Positions 24,883 through 33,897 of a stretch of DNA of 64,000 bases are shown piece after piece (the stretch's first letter is position 1; every line of letters starts with the position of its first letter). Below the pieces are notes generated by a model. That model searched no databases. It was not told where the DNA came from and saw only the letters and a program-made list of their open reading frames with translations. Where the stretch lies: contig JAURAI010000004.1 in the NCBI GenBank assembly GCA_030829545.1, positions 63,433 to 127,432 of the forward strand, written 5' to 3'. Source of the stretch: Poseidonia sp. (GTDB lineage Archaea > Thermoplasmatota > Poseidoniia > Poseidoniales > Poseidoniaceae). A program made the translations under genes and the position numbers.

Positions 24883-27800
24883 TCGTTCTCGCTTCGTCGG
24901 TTACCTGCAACAGCGGCAAGGCCGATGAGTGCGATGACTGTGAGTGGAGATACAAAGGGCAGAAGACCTGCGTCTTCGGCAACTTCCTCAGCGGTTGGAG
25001 GCGTGTCCTCACCGTCATCGGTGGTTTCGTCTCCCAGACCAAGGTCGGACGTGTCGGCACCAGCGGCTTCGAGGTCATCGGCCAGTTCGGTAAGGTCGTG
25101 ATTTTCCACATCAACGATGTCTTCGAGGTCATCAAATTCAGCCATCGCCTCCTGGGCTTCCTGTGCGGGAACACCGGTGATGTAGCGGATGCTGGCGAAG
25201 GTCATGGGCAGGTCCTGGCTGTAGCCGGTCGTTTCCGGTCCAGCGATGACGTAGCCGTTGCCGTCCTCATCCCAAGCGTACACGCCAACACCAACGATGG
25301 TGGCGTGCTCGTTGCTCCAAAGAGGCGCCCACATGCCGTCGGCGTAGGGGAAGACGGGCACTTCGTAGTTCTCGTCAAGTTCTTGGAAGGTCATCTCAAG
25401 GTTGCTGCCGAAGTTCTCCAGCACGTTGCTGAGGCCAGAATCGGCCAATGCGCCGACAATCTTTTCCATGCGCTCGCTGACTTCGGGGCCGTCTTCAACG
25501 GTCATGCAGTCTTCGTAGGCGTCAAAGGGCTCTGTCTCGCCGTTCTCTACCAATTCAACGGAGAGACAGTATTCGCCCTCACCAGCAATGTCAACCATGT
25601 TCTCGGCGTAGACCTCGGACTCATCGCTGAAAGCAACGCTGCCCTGGTCAACAACCGCGCCATCGGCATCGGAAACGGCCCAATGCATCGTGATGTCGTC
25701 GTATTCACCGCTCCAGGTGCCTGCACCCGCCGTGACACGGAGGGTGTTGTCACCCTCGTTGTTCATGTTGCTGTCCGAGTCTCGGATTTCTGGTCCAGTC
25801 CATGTCGAGTCGCAATTTTCAACAGCGGAGACCAGCAATGTGCCGTCGGGAGCAGCGATGCTTCCACCGGCACACATCGTGTTCTCACCGTATTCCATAT
25901 CGGCTGGTACCTCGGTACCGACCTGAATGTAGCCCGAATCAACGCTAAAGGACACGTCGCAGTGATAGGCAGCGCAGAGCAGAAGGTCATCGCCGGAAGC
26001 GATCACACCGCCCTCGCCGTCATTCATGTAGACGTCCATCAGGAAGTAGATGCCCTCGCCTTCGTCCGAGCCGTCAGCACAGTCTTCGGTGCCGTCGTTC
26101 ACGAGATCAAAGGAAACGGTCGACCAGTCTTCGCAATAGAAGTCATCACTCTCGGCGGCATTGTATTCGTCGCTGCCGTCATCGCACTGCGCAGTACCGT
26201 CGTTGACCCACTGCCAGGGCACGGCGCCGTTGTAATCGGCGCAGTTGTACCAGTCGCCTTCGTTGTCCAAGGGTTCATCGGAAGCGTCAGCGCAGTCCGC
26301 CGTGCCGTCGTTAACGAGTTCAAAGGAAATCTCGGAACCATCCAAGCAGACATAGGTGCTGGTGAGACCGTTGTCGTACTCATCCGAGCCGTCATCGCAG
26401 TCGTCATAGCCGTTGTTGACATCGCCAACTGGCAACTCCATGTAGCCATCCCATTCGCTGTAACATTCAATGGTTGCATCGGATTCAAGACCGAGGCTGG
26501 TAGCATCTACACGGCCGTTGAAGGCGTAGTGTTCCTCGCCGGTATTCCAATCTTGAGTGGTACCGCCCAGCAGGTAGAGGTCGTCTTCGTCCGAACCGTC
26601 CATGCAATCTTCAACACCGTCATTGACGTTCCGAGATTCAATCATCTCACCGCTGTCGCACATGAACCAGTTATCGCTACCGTCGTACTCCTCCATGTCG
26701 CCATCGTCGTCAATGCCAAACCAGTCTTCGATGAGTTCACCCACCGAGTCTTCGAGTTCGGCCTCAAAGTCTTCAGTCACCGCTTCGCCAAAGGATTCGC
26801 TGGCGTGAAGCAAGACATTGCCCATCATGATGAACATGACAGGGTTGCCGGGCGGGCATGTATCACAGGCCGTGACATCGAGCGTGTTACCGTCTCCAAG
26901 GTTGACCTCGAGTGGTTCGTCGGTGCGCATGCTGAACGAGACATCGTCCATGTTGGCCTCGCCTTCGTAGTCGCCTTCGCTGGTGAGTTCGTCGCTAATG
27001 CTGATGTCAAACTGACCTGCATCGAAGCCAAACTCTTCCATGGGTAGGCCCGTCAGGTAGACGTTGTAGTCAGCCGAGCCGATGTAGGAGCCGTCGATCA
27101 TGCCGCACATGTCGTGGACCTCGGCATCGCCCCAACCATCGTCAACACCCACGGTGTCGCCTTCCTCAACGCATTCCCAAACGGTTCGGTCGTTGGAGGC
27201 TGCGGTGACGTAGATGGGGCTGGGGTTGCCAAGTCGCCATTCGGCTTGAGAAGCAATGGAGTAGCTGAAGTCCATGCCGGTGTCGAAGTCAACGTTGAGC
27301 TCCACGCCGTCACCCTCGAGGGCGATGTCGATGCCGAGGTTCATGTCGTTGTCAACAGTCATGTCAATGTCCATGTCTGCGCCGATGAGTTGGGACTGGT
27401 CGTTGAGGTATTCGGTGTAAAGCATGTCAACGGTCAGGACGTTCTCTGCTTCGGCGATGACATCGATGTCAAAGCCGGTGGGCTCGCTGCCGAAGGTGGT
27501 CTCGGACCAGTCGGTCATGATGACGGCGTTGGACAACAGGCCGTGGCGAAGCACTACGTCGCTGGTGCGGCTCCATACCTGAACGTCGTTGCCGTCCAAG
27601 TCCTGGATGGTTTGAGGAGTGATGTCCTCGGTTTGGTGGACGTAAACATTGGATGCGCCCGTGGTCAACTGGCCAAGGTCGAGGTTGAACCCTGCGTCAT
27701 CGGCGTCCGCCATGATTTCGGTGAACAATGTTTGGATGTCCAAGCCAGTTACGTTTTGCAGGTCGCTGTCAAGGCTTGACCAGTCGTATTCGACCCCGTA

Positions 27801-27914
27801 ATAGTATTCAGTGGCTTGTGCGGGTTGGGCTTGAACCGTCGTCATGGGCGAAAGTGCCATGAGCATCAACAAAGTCACAAGCAGGCCGGAAAGGGTGCGT
27901 TTGGTAACGGACAT
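24879..27914 (-). CDS. Large secreted acidic surface protein with five LDL-receptor-class-A-like Ca-binding modules and a C-terminal anchor
   Basis: Signal peptide is MSVTKRTLSGLLVTLLMLMALSPMTTVQA. Five repeats fit the form C-x(12-19)-[VN]NDG-x2-DC-xD[GA]SDE. The C-terminus is LLPFVSPLTVIALIGLAAVAGNRRSENE. ATG 27914 is preferred over TTG 27917. A TATA-like TTAATAT lies 25-31 nt upstream. Confidence 0.8.
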   Translation of the reverse strand: MSVTKRTLSGLLVTLLMLMALSPMTTVQAQPAQATEYYYGVEYDWSSLDSDLQNVTGLDIQTLFTEIMADADDAGFNLDLGQLTTGASNVYVHQTEDITPQTIQDLDGNDVQVWSRTSDVVLRHGLLSNAVIMTDWSETTFGSEPTGFDIDVIAEAENVLTVDMLYTEYLNDQSQLIGADMDIDMTVDNDMNLGIDIALEGDGVELNVDFDTGMDFSYSIASQAEWRLGNPSPIYVTAASNDRTVWECVEEGDTVGVDDGWGDAEVHDMCGMIDGSYIGSADYNVYLTGLPMEEFGFDAGQFDISISDELTSEGDYEGEANMDDVSFSMRTDEPLEVNLGDGNTLDVTACDTCPPGNPVMFIMMGNVLLHASESFGEAVTEDFEAELEDSVGELIEDWFGIDDDGDMEEYDGSDNWFMCDSGEMIESRNVNDGVEDCMDGSDEDDLYLLGGTTQDWNTGEEHYAFNGRVDATSLGLESDATIECYSEWDGYMELPVGDVNNGYDDCDDGSDEYDNGLTSTYVCLDGSEISFELVNDGTADCADASDEPLDNEGDWYNCADYNGAVPWQWVNDGTAQCDDGSDEYNAAESDDFYCEDWSTVSFDLVNDGTEDCADGSDEGEGIYFLMDVYMNDGEGGVIASGDDLLLCAAYHCDVSFSVDSGYIQVGTEVPADMEYGENTMCAGGSIAAPDGTLLVSAVENCDSTWTGPEIRDSDSNMNNEGDNTLRVTAGAGTWSGEYDDITMHWAVSDADGAVVDQGSVAFSDESEVYAENMVDIAGEGEYCLSVELVENGETEPFDAYEDCMTVEDGPEVSERMEKIVGALADSGLSNVLENFGSNLEMTFQELDENYEVPVFPYADGMWAPLWSNEHATIVGVGVYAWDEDGNGYVIAGPETTGYSQDLPMTFASIRYITGVPAQEAQEAMAEFDDLEDIVDVENHDLTELADDLEAAGADTSDLGLGDETTDDGEDTPPTAEEVAEDAGLLPFVSPLTVIALIGLAAVAGNRRSENE

Positions 27915-27992
27915 CAACCCTTACGGCTAATTTACTCCATATTAAGGCTATGGGGGCGGTTTTCCCCCTTCCCCATCGGGGAATTCAAGGAC

Positions 27993-28580
27993 TCATTGTC
28001 TTGCATTTTTGCAGGCATTAACGAAATTTTCAAACATTTCCTTCCCGAATTCAGAATCGTTGACTTCAGGATGGAACTGAAGGCCAAATCTATCTCCTTG
28101 CTCGTTTTCCATCCCTTGCACTGCGCATGACGGGCTGCTTGCAGTGATGAAGAAACCTTCTGGGACTTCGTGGACTTCATCGTTGTGGGACTCCCATACG
28201 GTCTGAGTTGCGTTGGTGCCGGCAAAAATCGTTCCACCCCCATCGTGGAGTTGGATCTCCATAGCACCAAATTCCGGGATGGGTGATTCTCTTGCGTCGC
28301 CGCCGTAATGACGGGCCATGAATTGATGGCCCGCACAGATGCCGAGGATAGGAATGTCGAGTTCCAAAAATGTTGCGCAATTACCCAATTCACCGGTCAA
28401 GCCAATTCGCGCTGCTCCTCCTGAAAGGATCAAGCCGTCCAATTCTCGCAATTCTTCAACCGGAGTTGTGTTGGGAATAATCTGGGTGTCAACCTTGAGA
28501 TAACGCAACATCCGCCATTCCCGATGTGTCCATTGTCCACCGTTATCAACGACATCAATGACGAGGGTTTTGTCTGACAT
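27993..28580 (-). CDS. guaAA: GMP synthase (glutamine-hydrolysing) subunit A, class I glutamine amidotransferase
   Basis: Contains ILGICAGHQFMARHYGG (nucleophile Cys), VWESHNDEV and LQFHPEV (His/Glu). Length is 195 aa from ATG 28580. Confidence 0.8.
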   Translation of the reverse strand: MSDKTLVIDVVDNGGQWTHREWRMLRYLKVDTQIIPNTTPVEELRELDGLILSGGAARIGLTGELGNCATFLELDIPILGICAGHQFMARHYGGDARESPIPEFGAMEIQLHDGGGTIFAGTNATQTVWESHNDEVHEVPEGFFITASSPSCAVQGMENEQGDRFGLQFHPEVNDSEFGKEMFENFVNACKNARQ

Positions 28581-28659
28581 GGCCTTCACTGATTTCTTGG
28601 TGATGACGGGACGACCATGAATATGCCGATGGTCGTTTCCTAGGGATTCTCCCCTCACC

Positions 28660-28791
28660 CTAGCGTCGATGGTGGGTCGTCACGATGCCGCAGACTTTGC
28701 ACCAGACCTTGGTGCCGTCTTTACGAGGGGTGACGCCTGAAATGTCAATGCTTGCACCACAGGCACACTTGACGATGTTGTCCATGCCCAT
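28660..28791 (-). CDS. Small zinc-ribbon protein (43 aa; possibly 57 aa if started at ATG 28833), absent from the ORF track because it is under 60 aa
   Basis: Manual translation: MGMDNIVKCACGASIDISGVTPRKDGTKVWCKVCGIVTTHHRR. It has CxC...CxxC knuckles and fills the gap between guaAA and trm5 on the same strand. Confidence 0.35.
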   Translation of the reverse strand: MGMDNIVKCACGASIDISGVTPRKDGTKVWCKVCGIVTTHHRR

Positions 28792-28823
28792 GGGACAAGG
28801 CTGGCCTTCATGAAGTGAACGCT

Positions 28824-29933
28824 TTATTTCCATGCCAAAATGGCGTTAAATGCGATGAAGCAGCGCGTGGTAGAGAAGCCTTTGATTTCCTCAACTTCGA
28901 CGGATTCTGCCGTTGCTCCTGTTCCTTCGATCATGGTGATGAGGTCCTCTTTTGTCTGAGCGAGAGCCGCACGTTCAATGATGGCCCATCCCCGCAAGAG
29001 GCGTTGCTCTGCCTGATTCAATATGGGCAACAGGGCTGGAAGATGGGTCAGGCTGTCGTGTGGCAAATTGACCAAAAGGGCGTCTGCAAACCCCCTGCGT
29101 GACGGGTCATGTTGCCACGCTCGTGCATCATCACAGACCAGTAAGGACGGGGAAAGATCGGTTTCGTGTTTTGCCGACCAAGTTGCTAGATTCAGGGTCA
29201 GCAAATCAACAGCTTTGGGATTCAAGTCGCCAACTAAGTACCCCGATAGGAGGTCGGGCTCGGCAAGCAGAAGCGGGAGGGCAGGTCCGACGCCTGCGTA
29301 GGGGTCTGCCACTACAAGGGCGCGCCCTAATTGCTGACGAAATGATTGCAATCGCTCGAGCGTATCTTGGCGTTGTGTTGACAGTCGAGCAGAGAAATAG
29401 GCCTCGCTGGGATCCACCCACATCGCCGTACCGTGTTCACGAATCCGCGTCCGGGTCGACAGAGTTCCGTCTCTGCTTGCGAGTGTCGTTAATTCACGTA
29501 CGCGGAAATCACCAGTCACACCCTTGTCCGCGCATACGATACGGACGTTTGGGAGTTGGTCCAGCATGGCTTGGGCAATGGCATGTTGGTGTTCCCACGC
29601 GTCAGCTTCAAGTTTGACCATCAACACATCGCCTTGAATTTCGTAAGCGCTTGGCCATATCTCGTGAGGGAGTGCTCGGAGCGGGGTGGGAAGCCGGTCT
29701 GTCCAATGACTTGGCCCTTGTTGTTTGGGTTCCCGTTGAACGATGCTGTGCCCCTGCCATCTTTCATCTTCGTCGTCTGGCGCTTCGTCGAGTAGAGGTA
29801 TGCCCCGCATGCCTTCATCCAACTGGAGAACAGAGGCTTTGGAAAGCCACCCCTCTTGGCGACAGCGATGCAACCAAACTTGGGTTTGGTCGCTCGGCAC
29901 TCTCAAATGACGCATGGCCTTCGCCCTATCCAA
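28824..29933 (-). CDS. trm5: tRNA (guanine37-N1)-methyltransferase Trm5 / Taw2 (Met-10+ family)
   Basis: Contains FRVRELTTLA...WVDPSEAYFSARLSTQRQ, SAM motif VVADPYAGVGPALPLLL and GDLNPKAVDLLTLN. Confidence 0.8.
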   Translation of the reverse strand: MDRAKAMRHLRVPSDQTQVWLHRCRQEGWLSKASVLQLDEGMRGIPLLDEAPDDEDERWQGHSIVQREPKQQGPSHWTDRLPTPLRALPHEIWPSAYEIQGDVLMVKLEADAWEHQHAIAQAMLDQLPNVRIVCADKGVTGDFRVRELTTLASRDGTLSTRTRIREHGTAMWVDPSEAYFSARLSTQRQDTLERLQSFRQQLGRALVVADPYAGVGPALPLLLAEPDLLSGYLVGDLNPKAVDLLTLNLATWSAKHETDLSPSLLVCDDARAWQHDPSRRGFADALLVNLPHDSLTHLPALLPILNQAEQRLLRGWAIIERAALAQTKEDLITMIEGTGATAESVEVEEIKGFSTTRCFIAFNAILAWK

Positions 29934-29952
29934 GCGTCACGGGGGTTTGAGC

Positions 29953-30846
29953 ATGGCGGCAGAGGAAAACGATGACAATTCATTGCCTTCCACTGGCCTC
30001 TTGCTTATCGGCATGGGCATGGGCTCGATAGAAGGTATGACCCGCGCCGCCATTGAGGCTGCCAAGGGTGCTGACCACCGAAGGTATGAGGCTTACACGG
30101 CTCTTTGGCCCGAAGCGGAACTGAAGCGATTGGAAGCAGAAGTTGGGCCTATTGAGCGCGTCATGCGCCCTGAGGTTGAACATCCAGAAGCGTTGTTTTC
30201 TCTTGCAAAGGAAAGTCTGGTGGCTCTTTTGGTCGTGGGCGACCCTCTGCAGGCAACTACACACGTTGACCTGCAATTGCGTGCTGAGATGGCGGGTCTT
30301 GAGTGTCATGTCTATCATGGGATCTCCATTACAACGGTTGCTACCGGTGCTGTCGGCTTGTCCAATTACCGCTTCGGGCGTCAAGTCACGTTGACCTATC
30401 CATACGGAGATTGGATTGCCACTTCTCCGCTTGAATTGGTGGCGGTTAACTGGTCGCGTAATCTCCACACCCTCGTTCTGCTCGACCTTGACCCTACCGG
30501 GCAAGGAACGGGTGAGCAGCGACCCATGAAGCCGGCGGATGCCGTTCATTCAATGCGCCTGATGTGGGAGAAGGTTGACCTCAGGAAAGACGAGCCTCTG
30601 TCTGAAGAGTTCCTGCTCTTAGCACAAGAACAGGCTATTGTTAACGGCTACATGATGCAGGCATTTGACGGACTTCCCGTCGTTCTTTGCTCGGACATGG
30701 GCACGGTTGACCAGCAGATTGTCACGACGACGTTGGGTGCGTTGGCCGAAGAGCCTGGCGGGCGTTTGAACTGCCTTATCTTCCCAGCGGGAACGAGTGA
30801 GGTTGAAGAGAAGGCTCTCCTTCGGTGGAAACGGAGTGAGGAATAA
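29953..30846 (+). CDS. dphB: Diphthine synthase (tetrapyrrole-methylase fold)
   Basis: Contains LLLIGMGMGSIEGMT, LVVGDPLQATTHVDL and HGISI. The start is set at ATG 29953. The stop overlaps the next gene's ATG (TAATG). Confidence 0.85.
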   Translation: MAAEENDDNSLPSTGLLLIGMGMGSIEGMTRAAIEAAKGADHRRYEAYTALWPEAELKRLEAEVGPIERVMRPEVEHPEALFSLAKESLVALLVVGDPLQATTHVDLQLRAEMAGLECHVYHGISITTVATGAVGLSNYRFGRQVTLTYPYGDWIATSPLELVAVNWSRNLHTLVLLDLDPTGQGTGEQRPMKPADAVHSMRLMWEKVDLRKDEPLSEEFLLLAQEQAIVNGYMMQAFDGLPVVLCSDMGTVDQQIVTTTLGALAEEPGGRLNCLIFPAGTSEVEEKALLRWKRSEE

Positions 30847-32957
30847 TGTTCGGCCTTTCCAATGATGTGTCTCTCCTGTTGTCCTTCTTGCTCTTCATGT
30901 GTTTTTTTGCCGGAGTTGGCCTCGCATCGATGCGAGTCAAGGAGGACACGACCGATGACTACCTTGTTGCTGGCAGAGGAATGCATCCTGCCTTAGCCGC
31001 CCTCAGTGCCGTGAGCACGTGGAATTCGGGCTACATGTTCATCGGTTTCATCGGATTCATCTTCATTCAAGGCTATTCTGCAATTTGGATTGCGTTGGTT
31101 TCCACCATCGGACAACTCGTCGCTTGGATTTGGTTGTACAAATACATCCAGCAGGAAGGAGGGGAACGGGGTATTCGTTCGCTCTCTTCGCTTGTTTCGA
31201 AAACTGCGGGGTCGCCAGAAGCCAAAGTCGCAGCCGTTCTCTCAGTGATTTTCCTTTCCATTTATGCGGCTGCCCAACTTACTGCTGGCGGTGTTGCGCT
31301 CCAAACCATGCTCGGTTGGTCGGAAATTATTGGTATCCTCATCGGCTTTGTACTGGTCGTCGCCTACTGTTACGCCGGAGGCATTCGCGCCTCTATTTGG
31401 ACGGATGCCGCTCAGTCATGTGTGATGATCGTCGGTTCGACCATCCTGTGCGTCGTCGCTCTCAAGGGCACGGGCGGCTTTTCTGGATTGCACAGTGAAT
31501 TGAATGCCATTGACCCAGCCATGGTCAATGTCTTCCCGAGCGGCCTCATGTTTGGAGCCACCCTCTGGATTGCAGCCTTTTTCCTCGGAGGGCTCGGCGT
31601 TGCCGGTCAGCCTCAAGTCGTATCCCGTGTCATGACTCTGAAAGACGATAACGATCGCAAGCAAGCGATGGTTTGGTTCTTCGTTTGGCAAACGCCTTTT
31701 ATCGCCCTCATGTTCCTTATCGGGCTGGCCTGCCGCGTCCTTCTTCCTGAACTTGGAGCCGAAGGTGCTGAGAGCGGTCTACCGCAGTTGGCCATGACGG
31801 AACTCAGCCCCTTCCTTGGCGGATTGATTCTCGCATCGATTTTCGCGGCCACCATGTCAACAGCTGACAGCCAAGTGCTGGCATGCACCGCTGCCATCAC
31901 CGATGACGTACGTCCTGAATGGAGTCAAGATCACAAGACAACGAAGCGAGTCACGTTGGTCGTCGCCATGTTTGCAACCGTGATTTCCTTGGTTGGCCAA
32001 GGCTTCCCTGGCTTTGGTGACTCTGTATTTGCACTCGTCGTCTTAGCAGTTTACGGCCTTGGTGGCATCTTTGTCCCTCTCATCCTGATTCGAATGGCTG
32101 GCTATGAGCCCGATACCACGCATTCGATCTCAATGATGATAGCAGCCATGAGCGCAGTGGTCATTTGGTCAATATTGGGCTACGGGGACGAAGTCTTTCC
32201 GTCAGTCCCTGGCATGGGAGCAGCATTCGCCGTCCACTTTGGCTTCTGCTGGTTACGAAATGATTCTGTGAGCAATCCCTTTGGCCGTTATGCCATTCCT
32301 ACGCAACAGACAGCGGCAATCATCGCTGGCGTTTTATTTGCTTCATTTGCGGTTGTAGAAGGCTCCTACCAAGCCTTTGCGCCGGAAAGTGATGGAACGA
32401 GTTCGGGTAACGGAGCGTATGTCCTTTCCTACACTGTGAGTGAGTGGACCGAGTCTCAGACCCTCTCTCTTGCCGATGGTGAAACACAAACCTTCTCGAT
32501 TCTCATCGACGAAACGATGACGGCGGTTCTCATCGCCGAGTTGACCATCACCTACAGTGACACGGGTGAAACCATCACTTCTGCGTGCGATGATGTCATT
32601 ACAAGTCCAGATTACAGCAACCTTGCAGGACCTTTGGCGGAAAGCGATGATGCAACACGCACAACCACTGGGTGCGATACGACAACCGTTGTTGGAAGCA
32701 TTCGCCCCAACACCGACCTCACCCAATATGCTGGAAATGGGCCGGGCGACTACGAATTAAACGGGACAGAAAATGAATTGATTGAGGTGTTGGAATTCCT
32801 TGGAACGAGCCCCGAGATGGTAGGTACCGTCAACATGGACGTTTCCCTTGAAACCAATAATGGCAACTTCTTGGGCGCCGACGACAGCGAAAATGTCGTT
32901 GTAACCCTCCGAATGTTGGTCTTCCAGCCCAGTGGAATGACGCCGGCTACAGCGTGA
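30846..32957 (+). CDS. Sodium:solute symporter family (SSS, PutP/PanF-like) transporter with a C-terminal extension of about 200 aa
   Basis: The N-terminal DDYLVAGRGMHPALAALSAVSTWNSGYMFIG and more than 12 hydrophobic helices are typical of SSS. The tail from about residue 500 is soluble and T/S/D-rich. Confidence 0.8.
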   Translation: MFGLSNDVSLLLSFLLFMCFFAGVGLASMRVKEDTTDDYLVAGRGMHPALAALSAVSTWNSGYMFIGFIGFIFIQGYSAIWIALVSTIGQLVAWIWLYKYIQQEGGERGIRSLSSLVSKTAGSPEAKVAAVLSVIFLSIYAAAQLTAGGVALQTMLGWSEIIGILIGFVLVVAYCYAGGIRASIWTDAAQSCVMIVGSTILCVVALKGTGGFSGLHSELNAIDPAMVNVFPSGLMFGATLWIAAFFLGGLGVAGQPQVVSRVMTLKDDNDRKQAMVWFFVWQTPFIALMFLIGLACRVLLPELGAEGAESGLPQLAMTELSPFLGGLILASIFAATMSTADSQVLACTAAITDDVRPEWSQDHKTTKRVTLVVAMFATVISLVGQGFPGFGDSVFALVVLAVYGLGGIFVPLILIRMAGYEPDTTHSISMMIAAMSAVVIWSILGYGDEVFPSVPGMGAAFAVHFGFCWLRNDSVSNPFGRYAIPTQQTAAIIAGVLFASFAVVEGSYQAFAPESDGTSSGNGAYVLSYTVSEWTESQTLSLADGETQTFSILIDETMTAVLIAELTITYSDTGETITSACDDVITSPDYSNLAGPLAESDDATRTTTGCDTTTVVGSIRPNTDLTQYAGNGPGDYELNGTENELIEVLEFLGTSPEMVGTVNMDVSLETNNGNFLGADDSENVVVTLRMLVFQPSGMTPATA

Positions 32958-33798
32958 AGGTCATCCCTTGCTGAGCAACACCCCATCCAAGTGAGGTGAC
33001 TTCGTGATACTGCGTTGATTCCTCTTCATGGAGCGGGTTGGTATGATTGAGGTGGATAAAATGGATTTCTGGGTCGTCTGCACGGCGCTGGCCAAGACGT
33101 TGGATCGTCTCGCTCACAGGCGGATGGGGGACCTCCCCTTGATTGCGTCCTGAAAGTTCGTCTGCACTCCAAAAGGTCCCGTCAATGAGGGCGATGTCGA
33201 CCTTCATGCTGTTGAGCCATGCTCGGATGCTGGCGCTTTCATGAAACGCGAGCGTGGTCGACCATCGGTCGTGGTCGGGAAGGAAAAGGAGGCTTCGATT
33301 CGGCCCTCGGATAATGAAAGCGTGCATGTCGGAAAGTTCGGCGCGGTGGGGAACTTGAACGGCTTCAAGCAAGCATCCTTCACCAAGGCGAACGTGATGA
33401 CCGCTTACAATCGGCTGGGGGACAAAAACGCCGTCGTTCACCATCAGGTTCCATTGTGGCGTCGCCTCTACCAAGGCTTGCATGGACGATGAGAGATAGA
33501 GAGCCAATCCTTTGGCGTTGAGCGTTTCCTTTCCGAAAAGCCCGAGTCCGTCGACGTGGCCAAAATGCGCATGGGTCAATGCAACTGAATGAATGGGTGG
33601 GTGCTTCCAAAGATTGAGTTGGTCTGCAAGTGACCTCGTCGCCTCAATGATGTGTCCGTTGCCATCTTGGTCAAGGATGCCCAGACTCACTGGATGGCGG
33701 TAATCGTCGGGATTCAGGCCCCTGCAGCAATCCAATTGACAACCTGGTTGGGGGCGTCCGCCATCTTGGGCGGTTCCCAGCAATGTGACGGTCACCAT
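32947..33798 (-). CDS. MBL-fold metallo-hydrolase (PqqB/PhnP-like)
   Basis: Contains LLGTAQDGGRPQPGC and the metal motif LTHAHFGHVDGLG. The start is set at ATG 33798. Confidence 0.7.
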   Translation of the reverse strand: MVTVTLLGTAQDGGRPQPGCQLDCCRGLNPDDYRHPVSLGILDQDGNGHIIEATRSLADQLNLWKHPPIHSVALTHAHFGHVDGLGLFGKETLNAKGLALYLSSSMQALVEATPQWNLMVNDGVFVPQPIVSGHHVRLGEGCLLEAVQVPHRAELSDMHAFIIRGPNRSLLFLPDHDRWSTTLAFHESASIRAWLNSMKVDIALIDGTFWSADELSGRNQGEVPHPPVSETIQRLGQRRADDPEIHFIHLNHTNPLHEEESTQYHEVTSLGWGVAQQGMTFTL

Positions 33799-33897
33799 AA
33801 CAAGTGACACGCGCCTCTTCTCTTTGGCCTTTGCGAACGCAACTCCCCATAGAAGCACTCAAACCTCACCACCGAGCCGCTTGGGTTGGGGAGCATC

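Noticed and set aside
24834-27047. 737-aa ORF on the plus strand
   Set aside because: It is the antisense shadow of the Asp/Gly/Val-rich LDLa-like surface protein gene. The product is a V/G/A/H low-complexity string without motifs, whereas the minus-strand frame has a signal peptide, repeats and an anchor.
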